DNA of 61,333 nt, filler included, from Stramenopiles sp. TOSAG23-2 (GCA_900128395.1; 3 parts of 3 records of this genome joined end to end with filler, not necessarily neighbours in it); one strand, 5' to 3'; counted from the first letter of the whole stretch, positions 10,385 to 20,707 are shown. Numbers and translations: made by a program. The notes: a model not told the origin generated them from the letters alone.

Positions 10385-13300
10385 TCAACTAAAATCAATA
10401 TCATCGCCTCCTAAACCCCAATCACTACTAAGTGCGATATCAAGTTGATGTTTCATTACTTCAAAAGAAGAATATTTGGGTAACTCGACGTTAAAAAAGC
10501 AAGTATCTGCTGTGGGTAACAACATATCAGGATTTCCAGATTTAGTTGACGCTTTTAAAAGCAACCTTGCACCTTTTTCATTCCACTCCCGATCTGAACT
10601 TGGGATTCGTTTTTGCCCCCATGCAAATTTAATAAATCTTCTCCTTTCATCATTAGAATACGATTCTAAACATTTCCAGAAAAATGCGATTCGTGGATCC
10701 TCTTTTGCCATTCCAGAATACTCTGTATGCCGTTTTAATAATTCGATATCTATCTCTGGCGTACCGCAAATTAGCATTTCTAATTCAGACCAATTTAAAA
10801 TCCACAAAAGTTGTGGTGGAACAATCGCTACTAATCCCCTGGCAACCGCTTTGATTTGATTTATAGGTTGAATTTTTAATAAAGATTGTCCATCGACTGA
10901 TTTATCAACTGCTTCTAAGTCTTCCTTTGTGACTTCCTCGCCAACTAGTGGTTTCCAGAATAACGATGGTAAATCCAATGCTAGCTTCACCCCTGTTCGC
11001 AATGCCATACCCATTATTCGTCCCAAAAATTCATATTTTTTTAATGACAAATAATCCGTACGTCTTGCTCCTGGAATGAATTTTTCTCTATTCTCACCAA
11101 AACTCAATAGTTGATTTGGACATGGGACCAACAATGAAAGAAGACCATCAGGGGATTGTAACTCCCTGCATATCTCATCAAAAAATTCTCTATATGGTCC
11201 ACCCTCACCAACAACATGTTCTTTTTGAAATTTAACTTCAAAGGCCAAATGTGGAGGTGCCATATCAGCTGTGCGTGGGCGTAATCTCCATGGATTTACT
11301 TTTTCTAATCCTAGGAATTGTTCCATTGCTTGGCCAAAAATTGTATATTCTTCCCCATTTTGCAGAGCAGATGCTGCGGTGTAACGGTTAATAACGATCC
11401 GTGGTCTTTCCGGTTCGGATGAAGTTGATGTTGCCTCTAGCATAGATGACACTATTTGAAACTTCACATTTGAGAAAAACAAGTTACGACATTCGGAAAA
11501 AAATTTACTTATGGATGAATTCAATTGAATAAATTTATAATTTGGCCAACATAGAGTATCTTTCAAAACAAAATTTATCCGATTTAAGATTAACCAACGA
11601 AGGTGTAAGAGTTCAACTGGGATATTTTGTAACGCTTTATAGCTAATTGGCATTGCAGCTGATTTAATGGTTTCTATATTGACCCTGTTGTTACTTTGCA
11701 TTATATTCGATGCTAATGAGACTAATGTTTCATCCGTATTGAGTTTGAATGTATTTTTCATTAGTAATAAAACATCTTCAATACCTGGGCCCAACTTTTG
11801 AACAACATCACTATGTTCTCTCCACAAAGCAAATACAAACTTAATTGGGACAATTTTACTGCTTCTTATACATTCCAACACATCTAAGCATTCAAGCCAT
11901 TGTTGTAAATGTTTATCCAGCGAGGGCATTTTTGGCCGTGCAGAGTGAATGACACCAGCAATTGATTGCAAAAGCGTAGATGGCAATTCTCCTTGTTGTC
12001 TTAAAAATGATAGTTCTGTGCAAAGCGGTGCCAAAATATGTCCATATTCAAACTTCGTCACGTAAAATAACTCGCGTAATACGGCATGGGCTCTTATTCT
12101 GAAAATTTGGGGCATTCGTGGGGCATAAGAGAAACGGGCACAGACATTAATATAGGAACGCAAAATTTCCCCAACATCAATCTTTTCCTCTCTTTCAATA
12201 CCATCTAAGTTGCCATTGATCATTTGTAAAATCAACCAAAATGCAAACTTCATCTTAGTTGAAAATGGTGACACTTGAAACATAACAACTGAATCATTTC
12301 CCGTATTTCGAAAAGTTTGTCGCTTAAATCGCATCCATATTGAATTATATGGTAAAGTAATAGATAGCAGCGGTTTTCGAATTGATCGCAATAATGTGGT
12401 GCATGATGAATCATTAAAAATGTCTATCGTATCATCATCTCTTAATTTACATTGTTTAGAAAATTGTAATAAAATGCCCATTCCCTCTGGAACTTGAATA
12501 TGTACACGCCGTCGCCCGTGATGCGGTAAGGTTACATCCATCGTATATCTTCTTATTCCCCTCATCACGTTTTCTAATAAATGTATTGGTGTTTCCGGCT
12601 TTTCGCAAAGTAGTTTCTTTGCATATGAAATCAACGATGGTGAATTTCGAAATTTAGAATCATGTGCATATTCCAACGAAACATTAAACAACATATCCTT
12701 CGAATAAACAGTCTCGTCGGGATCATCTAGAACACCACTCTCATCGCCTTTGCTATTTGCAATTTCATCTTTATAATCATTGTGGGTTTTTAACAACTTC
12801 AATCTGATAGCAAATGAACGAGAAAGCAGTTTCATATAATCTTTTTCAGCATTTAAAAGAGTATCGTCAAAAGCAATTGTTGTGGCACTTGATTTTTTCA
12901 TTATACCTTCTTCATCTGTGTTTCTATTCTTAATAAAATCAATTTTACTGCCATAACCAAATAGTATACTCTCATCTACACATACAGCAACCAATTGCGA
13001 TGGTCTAAACCACCATCGCTGATAAATATTTTTCTCGTTGTCCTGAAATTCTACAAATGCAATCTCTTTTACTAGATCTATTTTAACAACTTGGCCAACG
13101 TAACCATGTAAATCTTCTAAGCCAGAATTTTGCTGCGTATCGTGGTTGCTTTCCTGTATAATTCGCACTGCCATTCCGACCCATATTTCTTCCATGTGAA
13201 GCGAACGTCCGACGTATTGCAAACAATAACCGGTATTAAGAAACTTATCATTACCATCCAGCTCAACTGGCATCGGAGGTAATGACAACCCGATGTCATC

Positions 13301-16300
13301 CAACATCATTCGAGCCATTGCAATATTTTCCGAGCCACCAGATTGCAACACTTGTAAAATTAATTGACTAGTCCTTGGGGGTATATGGCGCTGTTGTAAT
13401 AATGCAATTATACTTTCCAACCATTCCATTTTTTTCTGTGAAATACCTCGGGAACCACTTGAATGTAGATATACTTCCTCTTCCTTTGAAAAACATTCCA
13501 TCGGCATAATGTGTTTCAAGCTTGATTCTACAATCACCGTTGAGCTCGTTGTATGATTGAAGCAGGCCAACTCCAATGCCACTTTTGTTTTCCACGGTCT
13601 AACTGCACGCCTTCTTAAAATATGGATATCGCTTTTTTTTGATTGTTCCTTTTGTGAATGGTCCGATAATTTTTCATCGATATCGTTTGTTGGAGACCCT
13701 AAACGCCCACTTCCACCACCGTCCCTATCACTTGTAGTAAATTTCTCTGACTGTGTGTTTCGTATCATATTTGTATCTTTCGTAATTTCTAAGTCGTCGA
13801 CAAGACCTTCCCAACTTTCTCGCTCCGGGAAAAATACAATAGCGGACGCTAAATCACTTCCTGGTGCATGGTGAATGGCCCTTATAATGCCTACACAGTC
13901 ATGGTTGATTCCATCCCAGCCTAATACAGGCTCCATGACGGTATTCCTAACTTTAACGTAATCTCCAACTTGAATGACATCATCGCTCTCCCTTGTTTCG
14001 TATAGCATTTCTTGCTTTTCTACGCTATGTTCTGTTGTAGACGCTGTATCTTTAGCTTCACCATCAGGTTTGCCCGTTTGGTGTTCATTGATATTATTAT
14101 CATTCTTATCACCATCATTATTATTTTCATCTGAGTGATTGCTTCTGTTTGTAGTATTTTCTGCACCCGTAGTATCTTTACCTGATGGGTTCACTCCAGT
14201 TTTCAAGATTATCGTTTCATTGTCACTATCTGCAAGTCTTTGTTTGATTATTTCACCATCTTCAAAACTTATCATGACAGCTGGAATTCGTATATCTAAA
14301 CCATCATCAGTATCATTTTCAGGAAGACCCATTCGCCAATCTTTTGACAATCCTTCTGTTGATATAACTAAGACTCCCAGTGCGCCAGCAGATTGGCAAT
14401 TACGAATTTTTACGCTAAAAGCAACGTTGCCTCTATCAACTAATACGCAGCAACCAGCGACATCAGCTGCATTATTGAGCGGAGTTTCTGCATATGGTGG
14501 GTCTGCAATTTTAATTTGCAAATTTAGTCCCGGTGCTGGAGGTGGTGCTGGTGCAAACGATGAGACATTATGATTCAAATATCTCCCTGCAAACACAACG
14601 TGGCTGTGTTTAGCACATTCTTCAATTATCGTTTGATCATTTGATAAGTTTGATAATTCTTCGGCGTGTGTTAAAGCCCATTCTGCAGACCTTTGAGGAT
14701 CTTGTCCATGCGCCTCCAATACTCGCATCATTGCTTGTATCATATTTTCACCTCCATCAAACATATCTGCAAGTGGGATAGCCATTTGACGGCTATACCA
14801 GCATTCACACGGTGTAATTGGTTCAACAGTTCCTATATGAATATCTTCTTCTACTTTTCTTGCAATTTCTTCATCTATTTTTGCCTGTGATAGTCGTATA
14901 TTGTGATAATGAAGCATTCGCTTTTGGCGATCTATCGTCGTGCTGCTGTTAACGCTATTGATACTGTTGCTGTAAGAACCCCTTCCTTCTGGTGCCCCGT
15001 ATACAAACGGGCTATCCTTACCGAAATTAACCCGCAAAGCTGCACATTGGTTCGAAAATGCAACAGCTGGATAAAATATCCCGAAGACGTTAGTAAATGC
15101 TAAACCAAGTGGTTTACCATTTAAAGTGTAAAATATTGTCCCTTCATCTGCGTTCCAACCACATCCAACAACATCGCCAACTTGACCAAAAGCTTCAGTA
15201 AATGGACTCTTTTCCATAAACCCAGCAGGTCTTGGGCCTCGTGTGTGTGTACGAAACGGTGCAATCTTTTTGGATGATTTTTCCATCCAAATGTTCCATT
15301 TATCTTCCCAACCGATAAAATGCACCTGTATCTGTGTCTTATCCTCACTTTCTGCAATAACTCGAGCAGGTCTCCAACGAACAACGCCGGTGTAATCCTC
15401 TATGTCCAACGGTGCTCCCAGTCGAAAATCTACTTCGTGTGATGCACCAAGGGAGGACCATTGAGCTTTTTCGCCACTTTTTGAGTATACTGAATAGCTT
15501 CCAAGTCCCCATTCTAAACCGGTATTGGTTGTATCTGTTCCAGGGACGTCAGACCAAAGGCCAACAGAAAATCCCGGTTTATCCTGCATGAAATTGTATG
15601 AATCAACTGAAACGACTGTCACTTCAAAATAAAAATTAGAGGCTGCTGCTGGAATTGGATCGTTTGCCACTACTACTACACACTCTGAACGTCGTCCAGG
15701 GGCTTGTTCCGCTCTCCTAGGGTCTTCTTTTAATTTACGAAAAGGAAACCCAGCAAATTGTACCGTGTCCGCTATCAATCTTGGACTTTCCCCTTCAAGT
15801 AAATTATCATCATCACTGGCACCCACTTTATTTTCTACAAACATCATATGCCACGACAATTTTGTATTCCAACCAACAGGACAAGATAGATTGCTATTAG
15901 ATTTATGTTTTTCCAGTAAAACTACATTATCATCGCCTGTTTCTGTTGGTATATCAGTAATCTTAAATGCAGCGGCCGTAGCACGAGCTTTTATGTCACT
16001 TGGTGTAAGAATGGTTGATGATGGTTGCCCAATCGATTCGACCCAAGAAAATGAATTTGCAATGCGTTCAGTAAATACAGATGGATTTACATGCACTAAA
16101 TTGGTTAAAAATCTAAAAACGCGAGTTTTTAAAAAGGTATAACTCCAATGATCGCGTACCCCAATAGTTTTTGATCTATCAGCGGAGGATGACACTAAAG
16201 ATAAATCTCGTTGCAGAAAATTATTTATTGCCTTAAAATGCTTTTCGGTAAATAGTGGGTTTAGAAGCTCTACGACGCCACGAGAAGGAATTTCATCCAT

Positions 16301-19240
16301 TTTTCTAAGCTCCTTGAAGGATATTGTAATTGGTATAGAGTTATTGTTCAATAAAACTGTTGCAGAACCTTGTGCGTAATTCAACGATAAAACATTTCCA
16401 TATAAACGAGGCGCTGTATTGCACGTTAAAACTTCCACTACATTTCCAATCGACAACAAGTCGTTTTGTTCTAACGAACAAACAGTAACAGCACCTGTTA
16501 TCATTTCTTTCTTCGTCTTGCCAAATTTTTCAAATGACGTCAAATCACACCAAGAGTGCGCAACTAATTCATTGATAACACTCTTCCATGACGTATTACA
16601 AATCAACCATCGCAACAACAAAACTAGTTCCTCCGTCAACGCAGTCCGTGCAGCAAAAGAATAGCGCTCGCCATGCGAGTTATTGCCAAATTTTTCTCTT
16701 ATTGCATCATTTCTTAGAACAGCATCGCTAGAAACTTTTTCAACTACAATGGTTTGTAGTCCGGTTGTTGCAAGAGTTTTTGCATTGTTTATACATTCAC
16801 GACGCGAGCCTTCGAGGACAACAGTGTATTCTTTCTTTTGGTCTGCATAATCAGCTTGTACCAAGTCTACAACAACTGTTGAGTTGCACATGTTTCTTGG
16901 GGACAAACTTTGGACTTTTCTTACTATTTCATCATATGGAACGCCTGCATTCAAACAAACCAGCACATTGTGAACTGGTGGCATAGAAATGCAGCAAGAT
17001 CGTGAAAATCTAGCGTTGTCTTTTTTCGTCGAGGCGCCGCAATCACAGTAAAACCTACTGCGCGTGGCAAAAACAACGTCATGGCCAAAATGGCATGTTT
17101 TGGCACAAATTGCACACACTCCATTTTGTTCTATTAAGCAACATGTCAAACAATGATACCAATCCTGCTCAACATGTTGTTGTCCTGTATCACTAAACGT
17201 GCAAAACTTTTCTTGTCCATCTTGTGTTGTAAAAACTGTGTTATTTTCTCTCAATTCTGAATGTTTCCTTTTCCTCGATAAGACTACTTTCGCAAGTTCC
17301 TCGTTATTTACATCTACTTTGCTAGGAACGCGTTTATTCTTATTAATATCATGAACAAGAAGCAGACTTCCGATTTTCTTAAACAACTGATTCACTGTAT
17401 TTATCGATGAATGATTTTCATTACCGGGTTCTTTCTCTCCTTCTTGCTGAGATTTTTTAACAGCACGTAATTTATTGTATCTAGGAAGTATGAAGCGTAG
17501 CAATCGAATGCAAATTCGTTGTACCCTTAACGTCATGCAACTACCATTTCCTACGATCACGCTTAATATAGCATCTTTCGGCTCTGCAAAGAGCTCGAAT
17601 GGATAATTTTTCCAAGCTATAGAGTCACAATGATCCGCTAATATACATAGCAATCCATGTAATTCACGTTCGTTTTTGTAGTATTTATATTTCAACGCTT
17701 TAAATACTACATCAAAAAATATTTTTTGAATTCGAACAGGGGATGATCTGTCCTCCTCCTCTCCAGATTTTGAACTGATTGTTGTTTTGACACTTGTCTT
17801 TTGACTGGCGGAGATACCAATGCTATTATACTCATTTTCAGGAACCGAAGATTTAATCACGTCATTCCACCCTAAACAAACCGTAGCTAACTTTGAAAAT
17901 GCTGACCATGTTGCATAGCGGAGCTCGGCATGGGCTTTTTCTATATATAAAAATTCTCGCTCTCCAAAATTGAATTGTACCGACGAAGATAAAGGCATGG
18001 AAAGTGATGGGTACATGCCACCCGTATTTTCAAATTGCTGTGACTTGATTAAATTTGTGATTGGGATGCTTATTTCTATATGACCATTCACTGTTACGTA
18101 TAACTTCGAGTTTTCAAAATTCAATCCAATACCAACAACATCATTTATACCAAAACTGGAAACACGCGCATTTCTACCATCATGCATTACTAAATATTTT
18201 CCATTTACACTGATTTTCCCGTTCGAATTAAATGAAAAAATAGATTTTTCATCATTAAACAAGTCTGGACTTTTGCGCAATAGATCACCGTACAAACTTA
18301 CAGTAAATGCGGGCTGTTGTTCTTTTGACTCAAGAAATTTGACTTCAAAATACGATAAATTAGCAGACAGGGACTGATCGCTGCAAACGATTGAGACTAA
18401 ATCAAATGGAGATTTTCCTTGGTTTACTTTAAATCGATCTCTCATAGGGGAAATAAAACTTAACCAAGCGGGGTCGTGGCTTTTATCTTCGGGTGCTGGA
18501 GTTGGTGAAGATGAAGGTGAGCGAGTATTGTTTTCTCCATCTTTTCCAATTAAAGTTGAAGGCACCTTAAATAAACGATTAGAACTTTCATTTATCCATT
18601 CATTCCATCGCTCGGACCATCCTTTGAATTTCACTAAATATTCGATGCCACTAAGATCTTTATTAGTTCGGTTAGCAATGATTATACCAACTCTTTTTAC
18701 ACCAGTCATATATTTATCAATGATATAAACTTCATCGCCAGTACTCATAAGGTTTGAAAGAGATATAATATCGTTATCTACTGCAACTGCTAATGGGTTT
18801 GTCTTTGTATAACCACGGAAAGCAATATGTTCTATACCGATATCTTCGTCTCTATTCTCGCCATTCATTAGTTTGACAAATAAATATTTTCCACGCATAG
18901 GCTTCTCAAACACTATCGTGCCGCTACATAATCGGCTACTAGAAGCGTTTTGTTTGTCTAATTCTATCAGGACTCCGCCAGTACAATTCTTTGGCTTCTT
19001 TATGTTACAAAATGACTTTTTTGTACAATTGCCAAAAGCATTAAAATCATCTAAAGATGGTAGAATGGATGTTGAAAATATTGCAATCGATGTCACAGGG
19101 GATGCAAATGGGTTTTTGTAAGGACATCGCAAATACACAGCAGTCAATTCAAACTCTTCTACTGTTTTTGTTGTCAAAATTACGTTAACATTTTGTCGCA
19201 TCCTACTTCCTGCGTCCGAACAATATACCTGAGAGTCATT
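10385..19240 (-). CDS. Giant HECT E3 ubiquitin ligase (Tudor/MBT-like, SPRY x2, UBR-box, PA, CPH-like, HECT), 5'-truncated at a junction near 19241
   Basis: Uninterrupted ORF of about 2950 aa with GEGGPYRE, LPTADTCFFNVELP (catalytic Cys), the UBR-box QDWYHCLTC..FYCDCG, SPRY YFEV..GDVVGCG..YPAV and PA VLVDRGNVAFSVK..IPAVMIS. The first ~17 codons of the track ORF come from the inverted duplicate. Confidence 0.9.
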   Translation of the reverse strand, partial: NDSQVYCSDAGSRMRQNVNVILTTKTVEEFELTAVYLRCPYKNPFASPVTSIAIFSTSILPSLDDFNAFGNCTKKSFCNIKKPKNCTGGVLIELDKQNASSSRLCSGTIVFEKPMRGKYLFVKLMNGENRDEDIGIEHIAFRGYTKTNPLAVAVDNDIISLSNLMSTGDEVYIIDKYMTGVKRVGIIIANRTNKDLSGIEYLVKFKGWSERWNEWINESSNRLFKVPSTLIGKDGENNTRSPSSSPTPAPEDKSHDPAWLSFISPMRDRFKVNQGKSPFDLVSIVCSDQSLSANLSYFEVKFLESKEQQPAFTVSLYGDLLRKSPDLFNDEKSIFSFNSNGKISVNGKYLVMHDGRNARVSSFGINDVVGIGLNFENSKLYVTVNGHIEISIPITNLIKSQQFENTGGMYPSLSMPLSSSVQFNFGEREFLYIEKAHAELRYATWSAFSKLATVCLGWNDVIKSSVPENEYNSIGISASQKTSVKTTISSKSGEEEDRSSPVRIQKIFFDVVFKALKYKYYKNERELHGLLCILADHCDSIAWKNYPFELFAEPKDAILSVIVGNGSCMTLRVQRICIRLLRFILPRYNKLRAVKKSQQEGEKEPGNENHSSINTVNQLFKKIGSLLLVHDINKNKRVPSKVDVNNEELAKVVLSRKRKHSELRENNTVFTTQDGQEKFCTFSDTGQQHVEQDWYHCLTCCLIEQNGVCAICAKTCHFGHDVVFATRSRFYCDCGASTKKDNARFSRSCCISMPPVHNVLVCLNAGVPYDEIVRKVQSLSPRNMCNSTVVVDLVQADYADQKKEYTVVLEGSRRECINNAKTLATTGLQTIVVEKVSSDAVLRNDAIREKFGNNSHGERYSFAARTALTEELVLLLRWLICNTSWKSVINELVAHSWCDLTSFEKFGKTKKEMITGAVTVCSLEQNDLLSIGNVVEVLTCNTAPRLYGNVLSLNYAQGSATVLLNNNSIPITISFKELRKMDEIPSRGVVELLNPLFTEKHFKAINNFLQRDLSLVSSSADRSKTIGVRDHWSYTFLKTRVFRFLTNLVHVNPSVFTERIANSFSWVESIGQPSSTILTPSDIKARATAAAFKITDIPTETGDDNVVLLEKHKSNSNLSCPVGWNTKLSWHMMFVENKVGASDDDNLLEGESPRLIADTVQFAGFPFRKLKEDPRRAEQAPGRRSECVVVVANDPIPAAASNFYFEVTVVSVDSYNFMQDKPGFSVGLWSDVPGTDTTNTGLEWGLGSYSVYSKSGEKAQWSSLGASHEVDFRLGAPLDIEDYTGVVRWRPARVIAESEDKTQIQVHFIGWEDKWNIWMEKSSKKIAPFRTHTRGPRPAGFMEKSPFTEAFGQVGDVVGCGWNADEGTIFYTLNGKPLGLAFTNVFGIFYPAVAFSNQCAALRVNFGKDSPFVYGAPEGRGSYSNSINSVNSSTTIDRQKRMLHYHNIRLSQAKIDEEIARKVEEDIHIGTVEPITPCECWYSRQMAIPLADMFDGGENMIQAMMRVLEAHGQDPQRSAEWALTHAEELSNLSNDQTIIEECAKHSHVVFAGRYLNHNVSSFAPAPPPAPGLNLQIKIADPPYAETPLNNAADVAGCCVLVDRGNVAFSVKIRNCQSAGALGVLVISTEGLSKDWRMGLPENDTDDGLDIRIPAVMISFEDGEIIKQRLADSDNETIILKTGVNPSGKDTTGAENTTNRSNHSDENNNDGDKNDNNINEHQTGKPDGEAKDTASTTEHSVEKQEMLYETRESDDVIQVGDYVKVRNTVMEPVLGWDGINHDCVGIIRAIHHAPGSDLASAIVFFPERESWEGLVDDLEITKDTNMIRNTQSEKFTTSDRDGGGSGRLGSPTNDIDEKLSDHSQKEQSKKSDIHILRRRAVRPWKTKVALELACFNHTTSSTVIVESSLKHIMPMECFSKEEEVYLHSSGSRGISQKKMEWLESIIALLQQRHIPPRTSQLILQVLQSGGSENIAMARMMLDDIGLSLPPMPVELDGNDKFLNTGYCLQYVGRSLHMEEIWVGMAVRIIQESNHDTQQNSGLEDLHGYVGQVVKIDLVKEIAFVEFQDNEKNIYQRWWFRPSQLVAVCVDESILFGYGSKIDFIKNRNTDEEGIMKKSSATTIAFDDTLLNAEKDYMKLLSRSFAIRLKLLKTHNDYKDEIANSKGDESGVLDDPDETVYSKDMLFNVSLEYAHDSKFRNSPSLISYAKKLLCEKPETPIHLLENVMRGIRRYTMDVTLPHHGRRRVHIQVPEGMGILLQFSKQCKLRDDDTIDIFNDSSCTTLLRSIRKPLLSITLPYNSIWMRFKRQTFRNTGNDSVVMFQVSPFSTKMKFAFWLILQMINGNLDGIEREEKIDVGEILRSYINVCARFSYAPRMPQIFRIRAHAVLRELFYVTKFEYGHILAPLCTELSFLRQQGELPSTLLQSIAGVIHSARPKMPSLDKHLQQWLECLDVLECIRSSKIVPIKFVFALWREHSDVVQKLGPGIEDVLLLMKNTFKLNTDETLVSLASNIMQSNNRVNIETIKSAAMPISYKALQNIPVELLHLRWLILNRINFVLKDTLCWPNYKFIQLNSSISKFFSECRNLFFSNVKFQIVSSMLEATSTSSEPERPRIVINRYTAASALQNGEEYTIFGQAMEQFLGLEKVNPWRLRPRTADMAPPHLAFEVKFQKEHVVGEGGPYREFFDEICRELQSPDGLLSLLVPCPNQLLSFGENREKFIPGARRTDYLSLKKYEFLGRIMGMALRTGVKLALDLPSLFWKPLVGEEVTKEDLEAVDKSVDGQSLLKIQPINQIKAVARGLVAIVPPQLLWILNWSELEMLICGTPEIDIELLKRHTEYSGMAKEDPRIAFFWKCLESYSNDERRRFIKFAWGQKRIPSSDREWNEKGARLLLKASTKSGNPDMLLPTADTCFFNVELPKYSSFEVMKHQLDIALSSDWGLGGDDIDFS

Positions 19241-19649
19241 TGACAAAGAAAAAGCTGCGATTGCGAAGAAAGAGAAGATGAAACGTGACATGATGGCCTC
19301 GATTGATGCAGCAATTATAAGAAAAAGGGAGGAGGAAGAAGCGTTAAGAAAAAAAGATAGAGAGTTTGCAATTAAGATGAATAAAATTGCTAGTGAAAAA
19401 TTAAAATTGCAAGATAATGATGTTAAAAAACGATTACAAAATAAGAAACAATATCGTCGTGATTTAATACGTCAAATTAGTGAAGACAATGCTAGAAAAG
19501 CAGAAGCCAGAGCTGCTATGGATGAAGTTGAGCGTGAAATTAATAATTCATTCATTCAACAAGTCAAAACGGAATATGAAAAGAAAGGTAGATGGATGAC
19601 AATGCCAAAAGCAAAGACGAATTACAAGTTAAGTCAAGTTCCATTGTAA
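19241..19649 (+). CDS. Partial duplicate: C-terminal part of the coiled-coil gene at 7072-8625
   Basis: Identical translation ending ...KTNYKLSQVPL*. Confidence 0.8.
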
Positions 19650-19968
19650 ATTAATATGATATAAATGAAAAATTGTGTAGTGTGTGTTTACTGCGCGGTG
19701 CGTGCGTGCGTGTGTGTGTGTGGGTATTCCTGCTTCGTTGAATATTATTTAAAATAATCATCAATTTTTTATCAAAAAATCTCGTACGTGCACACGTGTA
19801 AAAAATACGAGTATTATTATTTAAAAATATAATATACGAAGTCGTATATATATATACTCTCCAATATAGAATTATAAGAAATATATTTGACAAGAGAAAC
19901 AAACATATACGTATATATACTCGTATGTATATATCATACGAAGTACACAGTTCACATATAACAACAAC

Positions 19969-20261
19969 ATGACATCGTTAACTATTAACCCACCACCAGC
20001 GAAAAGACTGAGGACGTCAGCAACAACTACACAAGATAATAATACATCACAAATAAAAACAATATCATTAGTACGAACGTACCATTTATTGATGATTTTA
20101 TTAATACAATGTATGATAAACTATCATCTAATGGCATCAATCGTAGTGTAATTCGCCAAGAGATCATTGCACTTTTACGTTCAAAAGGTGGAAAAGCAAA
20201 TTATTATAATGATGAAAATGGTAGAAATGTAGGACCAGGCAATGGTGATTTGAATGAATAA
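19969..20261 (+). pseudogene. Internally deleted, frameshifted copy of the F-box-like/ankyrin gene
   Basis: MTSLTINPPPAKR start; 8-nt insertion at 20074-20081; after correcting it the frame reads ...DKLSSNGI joined in frame to NRSVIRQEIIALLRSKGGKAN...GNGDLNE*. Confidence 0.85.
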
Positions 20262-20539
20262 AAAACACAAACTTTATTAATGTACGAACCGTATTTTTTT
20301 TTTATATCACTCTCTCTGATTACATCTACTGTATCATATATATCATATATATAACGAAATTTACGCACGTACCACTCCTCTCCAATCACACTTTATATTT
20401 TCGCTCTTCTATAGCACACCTCGCATGATATACTTCGTATAACATATTATATTTTATTGATTTTCTGTACATAATTCACACCCAGAAAATCTCCCATTAA
20501 ATAAATAATCTCTTAAAAAAGGATCTATATCCTCTTCAC

Positions 20540-20639
20540 NNNNNNNNNNNNNNNNNNNNNNNNNNNNNNNNNNNNNNNNNNNNTTAATTAATTAANNNNN
20601 NNNNNNNNNNNNNNNNNNNNNNNNNNNNNNNNNNNNNNN
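20540..20639. other. Artificial contig-joining spacer
   Basis: N44-TTAATTAATTAA-N44 (stop codons in all frames), identical to 41040-41139. Confidence 0.97.
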
Positions 20640-20707
20640 TATTTTATTCTTTTGAAGAGTAGGAATTATCATGAGTAAATTAAAAATAAATTATGCGTAA
20701 ATTAAAT
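20640..20707 (-). repeat. Dispersed non-coding element, copy 2, truncated by the contig end
   Basis: Reverse complement identical to 4705-4772. Confidence 0.85.

Larger units (their letters stand above)
19241..20539. repeat. Inverted, diverged second copy (alternative haplotype or segmental duplicate) of 4371-7480
   Basis: 19241-19660 is the reverse complement of about 7061-7480. It is followed by diverged intergenic DNA, an ankyrin remnant and the JmjC 3' end (20486-20539 equals the reverse complement of 4371-4424). Confidence 0.9.

Noticed and set aside
10476-19121. Many antisense and nested ORFs in the track (also within RTF1, GDH and ISWI)
   Set aside because: They are shadows of long real ORFs or of low-complexity codon runs.
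20584-20595. TTAATTAATTAA palindrome (also 41084-41095) as a biological site
   Set aside because: It is centred in identical N runs, so it is an artificial linker. Synteny across it is meaningless.
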